Assembly: GCA_937127245.1 (NCBI GenBank)
Contig: CAKZLU010000029.1
Span: forward strand, 67,502-131,501
Origin: an uncultured Actinomycetes bacterium
GTDB lineage: Bacteria > Actinomycetota > Geothermincolia > Fen-727 > JACVIW01
Reading direction: 5' to 3'
Length of the DNA stretch: 64,000 bases
Shown piece after piece: positions 38,144 to 48,551 of this stretch (position 1 is the stretch's first letter; every line of letters starts with the position of its first letter). Position numbers and translations under genes: made by a program. The notes below the pieces were generated by a model. The model made no database searches. It saw only the letters and a list, made by a program, of their open reading frames with translations, and had not been told where the DNA came from.

Positions 38144-39571
38144 TTGAAGGTATATAAAATTGCTTATCTTGGGGAAGACGAAGATTTTTTTTCGACACTT
38201 GAGCGGGAACTAAAAGGGGCGAATTTCAAGCTGGTTTCCGCTCCCGGTGACTACCACGGAATAAGGCGGGTTGCCGAGTCCGATCCTGATCTCATATTGT
38301 GGGACCTCGACAACGAACCTGAGCCAACGTCATTTTCTATCGATAAGTTTCAGCAGGCTGGTCTGAAGAGGCAACCGATAATTTGTATTGCAAGAAGAGG
38401 CACTCTGAAAGCGGCGGTGCGCTGCCTGTCTTCGGGAGCCATTGATGTGGTGTTCAAGCCAATCCAGGACCCATTTATTCCGAGGGCTGCGGCCGCGTTG
38501 AACGTGGGTGAAATTCAGAGAAGACTTGAGTGGTCGAGTCGCGTAATTGAAGATACAAACAATCAGATAAGGGCAATACTTGCCAACCTCAAGGATCCCG
38601 CCTACATTGTGAGCCCCGAGTTCCACATAACTTACATGAACCGCGCCGCCGAGGAGATTTTCGGAGAGGGATTAAGGGGAGGCGCCTGTTATACCGTTTT
38701 TTACGACAGGTCGGAACCGTGCGAGGTTTGCGCCAAAAGCGATAAACCAGGAAGATGGCGCGCAGTTTTGAAAAACGGGAAGACTTACAGGTTTGTCTCC
38801 GCGCTCGTTAGAAACTCTTCCGGCGAACTCGAAAGGATAGCTATTGGTATTGACATCACCCCGAACCAGGAAGTCAAAAAAATACATAAAACCTTCATCA
38901 GCAACGTAAGTCACGACTTGAGAACCCCCATAGCAACGATCGATCAGTACGCCACCATAATGTTGGAAGGGCTTACCGGTGAACTCAGCGAGGAGCAGAG
39001 GAAGTGTGTCGAGGTCATAAGGAGAAGCAATTTCAGGCTTTTCAACCTTGTGGAAAACCTGATTGACGCTAACAAAATACTCTCCGGAGAATTCAAATTG
39101 CGGATGGAGATTACGAGCGTTCGCGAGGTTTTGGATCTGGTTTTGGACAAACTGAGAGAACAGGCTGAGGATAAAGGTCTCAGATTCGAGGTGGAAATGC
39201 CTGATGACCTTCCCCGGATTTATGTTGACAAAGCGAGGGTTGCGCAGGCGATCGCGAACATTGCCGGAAACGCCATAAAGTTCACAGATAAAGGAATGGT
39301 GCAGGTGAGGGCTGGGTTCATGCCGAGGGATGAGGGAAGGGTGATTGTTTCAGTGGAGGATACGGGCGTTGGCATACCGAGGGAAGATCTGGGAAAGATC
39401 TTCGATCTTTTTTACAGGGTTGAGGGTGACAGAGTTTACGTTGAAGAGGGAGCTGGTTTGGGGCTCAGCATTTCCAGGGAAATTATTCGCGCTCACGGTG
39501 GTACGCTCTGGGCGGAGAGCGTGGAGGGAATTGGAAGCGCGTTTCACATGACGCTTCCGGTGCACACCTGA
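38144..39571 (+). CDS. Sensor histidine kinase: N-terminal (pseudo-)receiver, PAS-like domain, HisKA, HATPase_c
   Basis: H-box ISNVSHDLRTPIATI. N-box and G-boxes (DTGVGI, GAGLGLSI). A receiver-like fold lies in the first roughly 120 aa. Confidence 0.8.
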   Translation: MKVYKIAYLGEDEDFFSTLERELKGANFKLVSAPGDYHGIRRVAESDPDLILWDLDNEPEPTSFSIDKFQQAGLKRQPIICIARRGTLKAAVRCLSSGAIDVVFKPIQDPFIPRAAAALNVGEIQRRLEWSSRVIEDTNNQIRAILANLKDPAYIVSPEFHITYMNRAAEEIFGEGLRGGACYTVFYDRSEPCEVCAKSDKPGRWRAVLKNGKTYRFVSALVRNSSGELERIAIGIDITPNQEVKKIHKTFISNVSHDLRTPIATIDQYATIMLEGLTGELSEEQRKCVEVIRRSNFRLFNLVENLIDANKILSGEFKLRMEITSVREVLDLVLDKLREQAEDKGLRFEVEMPDDLPRIYVDKARVAQAIANIAGNAIKFTDKGMVQVRAGFMPRDEGRVIVSVEDTGVGIPREDLGKIFDLFYRVEGDRVYVEEGAGLGLSISREIIRAHGGTLWAESVEGIGSAFHMTLPVHT

Positions 39572-39762
39572 GTCCAAGATTCGTGGCTTTGCATGAGGCG
39601 TGGAGAGGGAAGCCGAAATCTTGAAAGAGCTTGTTTTCTAAGAGAGAATTGTAGGTATTAAAACGGCGGCGGAAATTTCACGGTTTACTGTAACGTGCAT
39701 AAAAATCGAGCGGTTCTTACGCGCCGGTTTCCAATGATTTTTTCAAGGGGGTTCCAATAGTT

Positions 39763-40152
39763 CTGCAGGAGATCACAGACCGCAAGAAAATACTTATCGC
39801 CGACGACGATAAAGACCTCGTTTATGCCCTGAGCATTAGGCTCAGGGCGGCGGGCGTCGATGTTGTTGGCGCGCATGACGGCGAAGAGGCGGTAAGAAAA
39901 GCGGTGCAGGAGAAACCAGACCTCATAATTGTGGATATCAGAATGCCAGCCGGCGGGGGCTGGAGCGTGATAGATAGCATCAAGCATGGTCTCACCACGC
40001 GTGGCATCCCCATCATTGTCTTGAGCGCTTTTGATGAGGAGGACTTAAAAGAAAAGGCGAGGGTTTTGGGGGCCGCGTATTGCATTAGAAAGCCTTTCGA
40101 CGACCGCGAGTTCATGGATGCGATAAATGCCTTTATCGAAAAGGGTTCATGA
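39763..40152 (+). CDS. Single-domain response regulator (receiver); N-terminal start codon unresolved
   Basis: The in-frame translation upstream of GTG 39904 reads KKILIADDDKDLVYALSIRLRAAGVDVVGAHDGEEAVRKAVQEKPDLIIVDIRMP, a complete receiver N-half. No ATG, GTG or TTG lies in frame between the stop at 39700 and 39904. An out-of-frame ATG at 39734 sits next to T6/G5 homopolymer runs. Confidence 0.55.
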   Translation: MQEITDRKKILIADDDKDLVYALSIRLRAAGVDVVGAHDGEEAVRKAVQEKPDLIIVDIRMPAGGGWSVIDSIKHGLTTRGIPIIVLSAFDEEDLKEKARVLGAAYCIRKPFDDREFMDAINAFIEKGS

Positions 40153-40227
40153 GTGGATTTAGTGCTGCTGTGTATTTGATCTAAATCGCGGAGACATCCT
40201 TTAATCTTCGGTTTTTAATTACTAAGA

Positions 40228-41157
40228 TTAAGGCGCGTTTTCATAAGCGGATTCGATAGCGTTTTCTTCCTGCATGCTTGGAGGAACTTCTATTTCCTCT
40301 GATCTTCTCGAAAGGATGATGGTCCCCGCTAAGACGAGCACAAATCCTAAGATTCTCATAGCAGCAAGCGTCACGTTTTTGGGTAGTTTCTCATAGAGAA
40401 TGACCATCCCGAGCAGTATCGGGACAAGTTGCGCTATTCCTGCCTGGATTGGCACCACTATAACGGCGAGACCACGCTGAAGTGCCGCCTGCCAGATAAT
40501 GAAGGCAGGGATGCACACCCCGGCCCAACCGAGGACGTAGGGGTTGAAGATATAGCCTTTTGAGAAGTTATAAAGAAGGATGCGGGCAAAAATGGCGGTC
40601 ATGCCGTAAAGCAGACCGACTGAGATCCCCAGTCCTATGGATTCTTTGCTCTGTCCTTTGGACCTCATAGCAAGCGGGAATAAGATGGCAAGGACCACTA
40701 TACCTGCGCAGACGAGCCAAACCGCCCAGGGGTTAAACTTGAGCGTATCCTTCGCTCCGCTTTCGGAGACCTTTTCGGCAAGACTTATACCTATGAGGAT
40801 GACTCCCGTGATGTTTATACCTATTGCGAAAAGGTCGATTTTTCTCGGTTTTTCGCCGAGGTTCTTTATCGCAAGATATGCGAGAAACGCGACCCCGGAA
40901 GCCACAATTGGCGTCACAATGGAAACCTCTATGAAGACGAGCGAAACGCTGTATAGCACAGATGATATCAACATTACCGCCAAGGAGATGAGCCATGTCT
41001 TACTGCTGAGGAAAGCCTTTATGATACTTAAGATTTCCCTCGACGCTTTAAAGGTTACCCTCGGGAGCTTATCCACAGCGACTTTCTGGAGATATGCGGT
41101 GTAGTTAAATCCGATTGACGCTGCGACGGCGCAGAAAACAGCGAAAACCGTTATCAT
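40228..41157 (-). CDS. DMT-superfamily (EamA-like) integral membrane transporter
   Basis: About 10 hydrophobic segments. It shares a LAYLAIKNLGEKPRKID segment with the adjacent paralog. Confidence 0.5.
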   Translation of the reverse strand: MITVFAVFCAVAASIGFNYTAYLQKVAVDKLPRVTFKASREILSIIKAFLSSKTWLISLAVMLISSVLYSVSLVFIEVSIVTPIVASGVAFLAYLAIKNLGEKPRKIDLFAIGINITGVILIGISLAEKVSESGAKDTLKFNPWAVWLVCAGIVVLAILFPLAMRSKGQSKESIGLGISVGLLYGMTAIFARILLYNFSKGYIFNPYVLGWAGVCIPAFIIWQAALQRGLAVIVVPIQAGIAQLVPILLGMVILYEKLPKNVTLAAMRILGFVLVLAGTIILSRRSEEIEVPPSMQEENAIESAYENAP

Positions 41158-41350
41158 CTCGTCTGATTCCTCCTCAGCAGGTTGGACTCAAAAATATGTT
41201 CCCGGACAAGGGATACTATCACAACGCGAGCCAACTTGTGTTTCCCTTCATGAAATAGATCATCCCAGGCCGCAGATTGCCCAGAAAACGTATCTCGCGC
41301 AAGCGACTTACCCTGCGAATCTTAATTCGATGCAATGCTATCATACTGCT

Positions 41351-42241
41351 TTATGTGAGAGCGGTCTGTGTTTGTGATTGCGCTCTTCTCGAAAGAATTA
41401 CGGTTCCAGTTATTATGAGCAAAAATGCCAGAATTCTTGCTGCAAGAAGAAAAGGGTTCTTCGGAAGTGGCTCCCGCAGAGCGGTCATTCCGACAACGAT
41501 TGGAACAAGTTGTGTCAGGCTGGTGAATATTGGGGCGACAACGACAGCCATGCCCCTCTGAAAAGCAGCTTGAACAGTGATTAGCGCGGGGAGAAAAGTG
41601 AAAAGCCAGGCGAGAAAAAAGACACTTGAGAAAATGACCAGCAGGCCCCTGGCGTCCCACTGATGTCTCCAATCGAGGAGCATGAGCCTTGCGAAAACTG
41701 TACCTGTGCCGTATAGAAGACCCACGCATATTCCGAGAAGCGCGCCCTGCCTTTCCCCGCTATTTCTACCGGACAAAAGACCTAATAAGATGGCGGTTGC
41801 CACGATTGCCGCGACAAGTAACCACAGTAATGAAGGATTGTGTTTGGTTTCCTTCGGGAGTCCTTCGGCGAGACTAACGCCTATTAGTATCACGCCCGTT
41901 ATGTTAAATGAGATGGCCAGATAATCGATTTTTCTCGGTTTCTCTCCGAGGTTTTTGATGGCGAGATAAGCAAGGATTACCACTCCGGAGCTAATTATTG
42001 GCTGAACCACAGATATGGGCGCAAGGGAAACGGCGATGAAATATAGCCCTCCCCCGAAAAGACCGAACGCCGCGAACAGCCACATCAGCCGATGCGAGAC
42101 GAAAGCCTTGAGGAGCCCTTTTTCACGTTTCTTGAGTCCCACTTTAGGCAGTTCGATCACGGCTTTCTTGTTCATGTACATCGATAAGTTGAAGAAAACC
42201 GCGGCACCAACCGCACATAATACCGCAACTAGAGTCTTCAT
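41351..42241 (-). CDS. DMT-superfamily (EamA-like) integral membrane transporter, tandem paralog
   Basis: Clear similarity to 40228..41157, including the identical 17-aa LAYLAIKNLGEKPRKID. Confidence 0.5.
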   Translation of the reverse strand: MKTLVAVLCAVGAAVFFNLSMYMNKKAVIELPKVGLKKREKGLLKAFVSHRLMWLFAAFGLFGGGLYFIAVSLAPISVVQPIISSGVVILAYLAIKNLGEKPRKIDYLAISFNITGVILIGVSLAEGLPKETKHNPSLLWLLVAAIVATAILLGLLSGRNSGERQGALLGICVGLLYGTGTVFARLMLLDWRHQWDARGLLVIFSSVFFLAWLFTFLPALITVQAAFQRGMAVVVAPIFTSLTQLVPIVVGMTALREPLPKNPFLLAARILAFLLIITGTVILSRRAQSQTQTALT

Positions 42242-42347
42242 ATCGTTAACAATCCTTTCTGACGAAAATTCCCGGTAACTGCTCTCTTAAATTCTTGGCT
42301 GACATTTTGATTTTTTATGAAAACGTTCTACAGAACCGGTTTCCCGC

Positions 42348-43457
42348 TCAATCGCCTATCTGCACAAGTTTATAACTGCTGGACCCGAGCCCTATCTCTT
42401 CTGCGTATTCGATCTGGGTGCGCCAGTCAACCTGAAATGTCTTGTGAATTATATCCAACTCTCCGTGACTGTCTGCTTGAGCGTTTGGCGAGGACCGGAG
42501 CGCGGCTTTGTTAACGAGGTCCACGGCGGCGGCATCGATAGCCACAGGGTCTTTGGATGCAAGGAAGCCGATATCTCCAACCATTGGAGCGGCGCTGTAA
42601 TTCCAGCAGTCACAGGTGGGCGTGATGTTTATTAAAAAGTTGAAAAAACCAGCTTTTCCTTCCTTGTTCTTTAACACACCATATGTTATTTCGGCGAGTT
42701 TTTCCTGAGCCTCTTTCGGGTTTCCAACCCAGAAGACTTTCATCGCTTTGGAAGGGCAGACCCCGATGCACTCTCCGCAACCGTAACAGACTTCCTTGTC
42801 GACGAATATTTTGCCGTCTCTCACGCTAATCGCTCCGGTTGGGCAGTTCTCGATGCATCCCTCGCAGAGGTCACATTTCTCTTCAATCACGCTCGGTCTT
42901 ACGGCGTCATGAACGGCAAGTTTCATTTTTCTGCCTGCGGCTCCCATTCCGAGGTTCTTTATTGTCGCGCCGAAACCGGTAAGTCCGTGCCCGGTAAAAT
43001 GTGATAACACAATCAGGCTGTTAGCGTCGTGAATTGCTCCGGCAACATCAATCTTTTCAAAGTGCTTCAGGTTGACCTCTACCTGGATGACATCGGTTCC
43101 CCTCAATCCATCTGCGATTAAGATCGGGGCAAGAGTGGAGCTGAGTCCGAAACCATGTTCCTCGGCAACGATCAGGTGGTCCCTCGCGTTATATCTTGAG
43201 CTCAGATAAAGGCAGCCGGTATCGGTGAGGAAAGGTTTTCCTCCGCATTTGTTTATCTCCTCCACGATTGTACGGACGTAGGGTATGGGCACATATGAGG
43301 TGTTCCCTCTTTCGCCGAAGTGCGTTTTGACCGCGGTAAGATCTTTATTCCTTATGACGTTACGGAAACCCGCCGCGTCGAAAAGCATTCGTATTTTGTC
43401 CAGGGGACCCTGTTTGAGCCTCCCGCCAGCTTTGGCGAAATAAACCTCCGAACTCAT
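42348..43457 (-). CDS. DUF362-domain protein with inserted 2x[4Fe-4S] ferredoxin domain
   Basis: CDLCEGCIENCP and CYGCGECIGVCP motifs are embedded in a roughly 370-aa protein with DUF362-like flanks (from memory of COG2006). Confidence 0.6.
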   Translation of the reverse strand: MSSEVYFAKAGGRLKQGPLDKIRMLFDAAGFRNVIRNKDLTAVKTHFGERGNTSYVPIPYVRTIVEEINKCGGKPFLTDTGCLYLSSRYNARDHLIVAEEHGFGLSSTLAPILIADGLRGTDVIQVEVNLKHFEKIDVAGAIHDANSLIVLSHFTGHGLTGFGATIKNLGMGAAGRKMKLAVHDAVRPSVIEEKCDLCEGCIENCPTGAISVRDGKIFVDKEVCYGCGECIGVCPSKAMKVFWVGNPKEAQEKLAEITYGVLKNKEGKAGFFNFLINITPTCDCWNYSAAPMVGDIGFLASKDPVAIDAAAVDLVNKAALRSSPNAQADSHGELDIIHKTFQVDWRTQIEYAEEIGLGSSSYKLVQIGD

Positions 43458-43605
43458 ATCACCACCCCCGATAGTTCAAAGTGAATTATACAGTACCATC
43501 GTTGTTCTAACGGAAGCTGTCTTGCAGATGAACGGCGAAGGACTCTTTGAGTTATATCGGTGATATAATCGTCAGGGATAACGCAGGTCAACGGGCAAAT
43601 CAGGG

Positions 43606-44499
43606 GTGATCAAATTGGCGGATTTTTTCGAGGGTATCGACCAGGTTGAGTTGAGCATAGAAGGCAAGAAGGGACGCTTTCCCGTCTTCTACAGGGACGC
43701 CCGCATGTTTACCATTGTACTTCCGGCAAACATATTGAAACTCTACAAGGCTCTGCCTGATCCTCGTTTCACTCCGACTCAAATCCTCCCGGGAATCGGC
43801 GGAATCAGCCTTACCGCTTTTGAGTACTTCGACACGGACATAGAGCCTTACAATGAGTTTTCCATCGGTATCATGCTGAATTCGCCGTATTGGATGGCTA
43901 TACCAGGTTACAATCTGTCAAGGCAATACATCTCGAGGATGTTTAACGTCTTCATCTACCATCTTCCCGTGACCACGGAGATTGCCCTTAGGGGAGGGAT
44001 TGAATTTTACAATTATCCGAAATTTCTTGCGGACATAATCTTCAGCGATTCACCGGACCGCATCTCCTGCGAACTTTCCAGGGATGGTGAAAGGATTCTG
44101 TCGATTTCAGGACCCAAGGTTCCCACGGTTTCTTCTGGGGAAATGAAGTTTATGTGCAACTTGTATCACTACAGGCAGCCACAGCTCGCCGAGTTCAAGG
44201 TAAACGTCATAGAGGGCGCTGTAAAGATGTTGCCTGCCGACGTTGCGTGGAGCTTCAGCCTTTCCAGTGCAATAGGCAGGGATATTCACAGTATGGTGGT
44301 TGGATCGAGGGCGCTTATGTACATGTATATGCCTAAGATCCAGTGCATACTTTACGGTCCGGAGCATATGCCCATGCCGCTTATGCAAAAAGTGTTGACA
44401 ACAAAAGGATTTTTACCGGAGGTCAGGACCCCGGCGAAAAAAGCCGCGGCAAAGAAAGCGGCAGGAAAAAAGCCCGCGGGGAAAAAGGCAGCAAGGTAA
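43606..44499 (+). CDS. Hypothetical protein with a C-terminal Lys/Ala-rich, histone-H1-like tail (PAKKAAAKKAAGKKPAGKKAAR)
   Basis: GTG start. The globular domain of about 270 aa is unassigned; an acetoacetate-decarboxylase-like fold is a weak guess. The tail is read directly. Confidence 0.4.
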   Translation: MIKLADFFEGIDQVELSIEGKKGRFPVFYRDARMFTIVLPANILKLYKALPDPRFTPTQILPGIGGISLTAFEYFDTDIEPYNEFSIGIMLNSPYWMAIPGYNLSRQYISRMFNVFIYHLPVTTEIALRGGIEFYNYPKFLADIIFSDSPDRISCELSRDGERILSISGPKVPTVSSGEMKFMCNLYHYRQPQLAEFKVNVIEGAVKMLPADVAWSFSLSSAIGRDIHSMVVGSRALMYMYMPKIQCILYGPEHMPMPLMQKVLTTKGFLPEVRTPAKKAAAKKAAGKKPAGKKAAR

Positions 44500-44593
44500 G
44501 TTCGATTTTTGGATAAATGTAGAAATATCTGACATTTCTTATTTGAGGGCGTGATTATTGAGGCGTCATTCAGATTGAACCAAAGGGGCTCAA

Positions 44594-45154
44594 ATGGACG
44601 GTAACCCGCTTGGGAAGTGCAGCTTTTTGGATTGCGAGATCAATTCGAGCAATCTGGTTTGGCCTGCGCCGAATCCTTTCAAAATGGCCATATTGATTGC
44701 CTCGTGGATTTCCTACAAGTTGTACGGGGCTTACATTTTGGCGAAGAAAAAACCCAAATGGCTCCCTTTGTGGTTGCTGGCGCTCATATCCTGGATGACT
44801 CTGAGTAAGTATTTGATATGCACAAGGTGCGAGAAACATGGGGAGGCTTGCGATTTCTATTATCTTGGTAAGTGGGCTGCGCTTCTTTTCGAAAGGCAAC
44901 CGGATAAAACAGTGGACACGGCGGGCGTTGTCGCGGAGGGCGGTGCCGTTCTCACGCTACATGTTTTGCCTATTGCCGCAAGCATTCGTTTCCCGAGGAT
45001 GCTTTTTAAAAATTTGTTACTTTGGGTTTTCAGTGAATTGAGTCTGCTTTCGATATGCTGCAGAAAATGCGTTCAGTATTCCACTGACCCCTGGAAGCGC
45101 AAGCTGTGCCCGTCTTACAAGTTGGCTCGAAGGATGTTCTTGAGAACAGAATAG
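44594..45154 (+). CDS. Hypothetical small membrane protein with Cys-rich motifs
   Basis: Two hydrophobic helices are followed by CTRCEKHGEAC and, later, CCRKC...C. Confidence 0.35.
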   Translation: MDGNPLGKCSFLDCEINSSNLVWPAPNPFKMAILIASWISYKLYGAYILAKKKPKWLPLWLLALISWMTLSKYLICTRCEKHGEACDFYYLGKWAALLFERQPDKTVDTAGVVAEGGAVLTLHVLPIAASIRFPRMLFKNLLLWVFSELSLLSICCRKCVQYSTDPWKRKLCPSYKLARRMFLRTE

Positions 45155-45157
45155 AAC

Positions 45158-45559
45158 CTATTTGCCTTTTGTTTTGTTGGACTTGCTGGACTTCTCAACC
45201 GATTCGAGGAAACGCACGAGTTTTTCAAGCGTCTCGTCGCTTATGACATGCTCTATTTCGCAAGCGTCCTTATTTGCTACTTCCTCATCCACTTCGAGAA
45301 TATTGGTAAAGAAGCGCATTATTACGGCGTGTTTTCTATCAAGCCTCATCGCCAGTTTCTTCCCCTTAGGAGTAAGGGTGATGCGGCGGTACTTGTCATG
45401 AGCGACATATCCTTGTTGGACAAGACGGTCGAGCATTTCAGAAACACTCGCTAATGAGACGTTAAGGGATTTGGCGACGTCTTTGACTCTCGTGCTTCCC
45501 CCTGACCTCGCAATTTCATAAATTACTTCGAGATACTTTTCAACTGCGCTCGTTCCCAT
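45158..45559 (-). CDS. DtxR/MntR-family metal-dependent transcriptional repressor
   Basis: An N-terminal HTH (RVKDVAKSLNVSLASVSEMLDRL) and the dimerisation/metal-site region are present. It is encoded just downstream of feoB. Confidence 0.75.
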   Translation of the reverse strand: MGTSAVEKYLEVIYEIARSGGSTRVKDVAKSLNVSLASVSEMLDRLVQQGYVAHDKYRRITLTPKGKKLAMRLDRKHAVIMRFFTNILEVDEEVANKDACEIEHVISDETLEKLVRFLESVEKSSKSNKTKGK

Positions 45560-45745
45560 TTTTATCTCCAGAGAGAAAAACCACTCATGTTCCCCTGAAA
45601 TTACCCGATTTGGATGTCATCAAAGATAAAGCTGCAAAAATAGCGCAGCTTCGCACCTTACTCCTCTTGTAAAAACCGGATTCGTGTTTTCTGAGTGGAT
45701 GGAAACGTTTTGTCGTTTCAAGACATGAACTCATGAATAACCACC

Positions 45746-47764
45746 TCACATGAATAAGAGTCCTATCCGGTATATAAGGAATGCAATCACCCACGCGAGA
45801 ACGAGTTGATAGAAAACAGCGAAAGCGGCCCATTTCCAGGAACCCGTCTCTTTTCTTATAACCGCTACTGTTGCAAGGCAAGGGGTGTACAAAAGGGTAA
45901 ATGCCATGAAAGCGTACGCGGAGGCGGGCGTGAAATTTCCTTGAAGACGGGAAATGATGGCAGCTCTATCCTCGCCAACGCCGAAGAGGGTCCCGTATGT
46001 GCTCACAACGATTTCCTTGGCAACGAAGCCGAAGATAAGGGCGACCGCCGCCTTCCAGTCAAAACCGAGAGGCTTTACCAGGGGCTCAAGGAAATGTCCG
46101 ATTCTCCCGGCAAGGCTTTCAGCGCTCCCGTAGCGGACTCCCGGGGGCATATATGCAAGTGTCCACATGATCACTGAGCCGGCAAGGATTATCGTACCCG
46201 CTTTTTTCAGAAACATGGACCCTCTCTCCCACATATGGACGAAGGTGCTTTTAAGTGTCGGCCATCTGTATGGAGGAAGCTCCATTACGAAGGGCTCGCT
46301 TTCCCCGGGAAAGAGGAACTTTCTGAATATCTTTGCCATTACTACCGCAAGGACCATCCCGAGCATGTATATAGAAAATGTTACCGTACCCTGATTTGCT
46401 GCGAAAAAAGCCGCGGTGAAAAGAGCGTACACAGGAAGCCGTGCCGTGCAGGAAACCAGAGGGTTTATGAGTATCGTCAGTTTTCGGTCTTTTTCGCTTT
46501 CCAGGGTCCTTGTGGCCATGACGGCAGGAACATTGCAGCCGAAACCCATTATCATGGGGATAAATGATTTCCCATGAAGCCCAAGCCAGTGCATTATTCT
46601 GTCCATAATGAACGCCGCCCTGGCCATGTAGCCGGTGTCCTCGATTATGGAGATGAAGAGAAACATGATAAAGATCTGCGGCACGAACACAAGTACTGAC
46701 CCGACGCCGCCTATCACTCCGTCAACGAGGAGGGATTTCAGCCACGCGGGTGATGTCATAAGTCTTGACACGCCGTCTGCCGCATAACCGACAAGATTTT
46801 CGATCAATTTCATGGGATATTTTCCGAGGAAAAAGGTGAAGAAAAACATTAACCACATGAAAAGGGCGAAGAAGGGGAAGCCGAGAATCCTGTTGGTTAG
46901 GATGTTGTCGATTTTATCTGATTTGGAAATATATTCTTTTCTTTCTCTTTTTATCGCTTCTCTGGCGATACCCGAAATAAATCCGTAGCGGAAATCGACT
47001 ATGACTGATTCAATGTCCTGTTTGTAGATGGATTCTATGTGTCTGGTGCTCGACTCTATCTGCTTGAAAATGGGAGAATCTTCCCCGAACTCCTTTGTGA
47101 GTTCCTGCAATATATCATCGTCTCCCTCCAGTGCTTTTATCGCGAACCATCTTGTTGTGTATTTATCAAGAATTGAAGAGCCTTCGCACTCCTTTTTCAG
47201 TACGGCTTCTATTTTCTCGATCTCCTCTTCGATTTCGGTACCGTAGTTAAGCCTTATTTCCCGGAAATGCAAAGACCTGTCAGCTGATTCGAGGATGGTC
47301 TTTTTAAGTTCCTGAGTGCCGCGGTTTTTCACCGCGACCATGGGCACAACCGGACAGCCAAGCAGCGTTGAGAGAAGCCCGATATCGATCTGTATTCCTT
47401 TTTCGGTTGCCTCGTCCATCATGTTGATGACGAGTATCGCCGGGGATCCGAGCTCCAGAATTTGGGAAAAGAGATACAGGTTTCTCTCCAGATTGCTCGC
47501 ATCCGCTATGTTCACAACAACATCCGGTTTCTCTTGAGAAATGAATTTTCTGACAATCATCTCTTCGAGGGAGTATGCCGTTATGCTGTATGTGCCTGGC
47601 AGATCGACAACCTTGAACTCTCTCGAATTGTATTTACTGATCCCCTCTTTTTTCTCAACGGTCACACCGGGCCAGTTGCCAACGTGCTGCCTTGCGCCCG
47701 TCAGGTTATTGAAAACCGTTGTTTTGCCAGAGTTCGGATTGCCGGTAAGAGCGGCAACTATCAT
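45746..47764 (-). CDS. feoB: Ferrous iron transporter FeoB (N-terminal GTPase plus membrane permease)
   Basis: G1 motif [10 protein letters not shown]3 DLPG and G4 NMMD. Multiple TM helices with gate motifs make up the C-terminal two thirds. Confidence 0.9.
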   Translation of the reverse strand: MIVAALTGNPNSGKTTVFNNLTGARQHVGNWPGVTVEKKEGISKYNSREFKVVDLPGTYSITAYSLEEMIVRKFISQEKPDVVVNIADASNLERNLYLFSQILELGSPAILVINMMDEATEKGIQIDIGLLSTLLGCPVVPMVAVKNRGTQELKKTILESADRSLHFREIRLNYGTEIEEEIEKIEAVLKKECEGSSILDKYTTRWFAIKALEGDDDILQELTKEFGEDSPIFKQIESSTRHIESIYKQDIESVIVDFRYGFISGIAREAIKRERKEYISKSDKIDNILTNRILGFPFFALFMWLMFFFTFFLGKYPMKLIENLVGYAADGVSRLMTSPAWLKSLLVDGVIGGVGSVLVFVPQIFIMFLFISIIEDTGYMARAAFIMDRIMHWLGLHGKSFIPMIMGFGCNVPAVMATRTLESEKDRKLTILINPLVSCTARLPVYALFTAAFFAANQGTVTFSIYMLGMVLAVVMAKIFRKFLFPGESEPFVMELPPYRWPTLKSTFVHMWERGSMFLKKAGTIILAGSVIMWTLAYMPPGVRYGSAESLAGRIGHFLEPLVKPLGFDWKAAVALIFGFVAKEIVVSTYGTLFGVGEDRAAIISRLQGNFTPASAYAFMAFTLLYTPCLATVAVIRKETGSWKWAAFAVFYQLVLAWVIAFLIYRIGLLFM

Positions 47765-47887
47765 CTTTTCTCCTCATTATGTGTTCAGCCCGTTTTTTCC
47801 TCAGGCTCACGAACGAGATTCCAGCGTCCGGAAGCGATTTTCTCTTTTTCAAGCATCGGATTTTGAAAGCAAGCATTCAGAGATTCA

Positions 47888-48223
47888 CTATTCTCTTTCA
47901 ACCATTAGTCTCATGGCGATGCCCCTGCCGATGCATAAGCGACAATCCCTGATTCCAATTACAAGCGGTTTTGCCGGGTCGTTTCTTATCATCTCTATTC
48001 TTGTGCCGGGGAAAAAGCCCATTGATTTGAGGCGGTGTTCCATCCTGTGTCCTTTGTCCGCTGTGAGCAGGTGCCTTCTGCCTCGTAAGCGCATCGGTCG
48101 CTTTGCGCACGCCTGCGCTTCCCCAAGCGGGTGATGCCTTATTCCACGAATTTCACGCAGTATTGCCGACTCGCCGGGGGCGAGAAAAGCGAGCGGGATC
48201 AGGTGCTTCTCACTCATTTTCAA
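47888..48223 (-). CDS. feoA: FeoA-family small protein
   Basis: SH3-like FeoA pattern (GESAI...RL.SMGF.PG..IE). Confidence 0.65.
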   Translation of the reverse strand: MKMSEKHLIPLAFLAPGESAILREIRGIRHHPLGEAQACAKRPMRLRGRRHLLTADKGHRMEHRLKSMGFFPGTRIEMIRNDPAKPLVIGIRDCRLCIGRGIAMRLMVERE

Positions 48224-48515
48224 GCACTTCCACGATTATTTCGCCTGCTTCTTCTCGTCTAAGGCTCAAGTGAAAGCCCTTGATTTTTAGCCCCATGGGA
48301 TCCCCGAGGGGGGCTACCCTCTCGACCTCGAAGCCAACACCTTTAACAAGACCCATATCCATGAGCCTCTTGCGGAGCTTGCCTTTACAGTTCACGCTTA
48401 AGACAACCCCCTTGTCACCAGGTGAAAGCTCAGAAAGGCTAGTAATTCTGCTCTTCTTCTGGTGATAACCGCTATCATCGGCGCTGCACCCCAGGCTCCT
48501 ATGACGAAATCTCAT
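48210..48515 (-). CDS. feoA: FeoA-family small protein
   Basis: L..L..GD.G.V pattern and RLMDMGLVKG..FEV.RVAPLGDP. It is the first gene of the feo operon. Confidence 0.7.
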   Translation of the reverse strand: MRFRHRSLGCSADDSGYHQKKSRITSLSELSPGDKGVVLSVNCKGKLRKRLMDMGLVKGVGFEVERVAPLGDPMGLKIKGFHLSLRREEAGEIIVEVLENE

Positions 48516-48534
48516 TTCCCCCGACCCCGTAAGA

Positions 48535-48551
48535 ATTAGGTTGACCTAACT
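48535..48551. promoter_or_regulatory. DtxR/IdeR-box-like inverted repeat TTAGGTtgACCTAA about 20 bp upstream of the feoA start
   Basis: Read from the sequence. It resembles the established IdeR/DtxR consensus TTAGGTTAGCCTAACCTAA. Confidence 0.45.

Noticed and set aside
39822-40115. Minus-strand ORFs overlapping the response-regulator gene (39685..39987, 39822..40115)
   Set aside because: The plus-strand frame encodes a clear receiver domain, so the antisense ORFs are artefacts.
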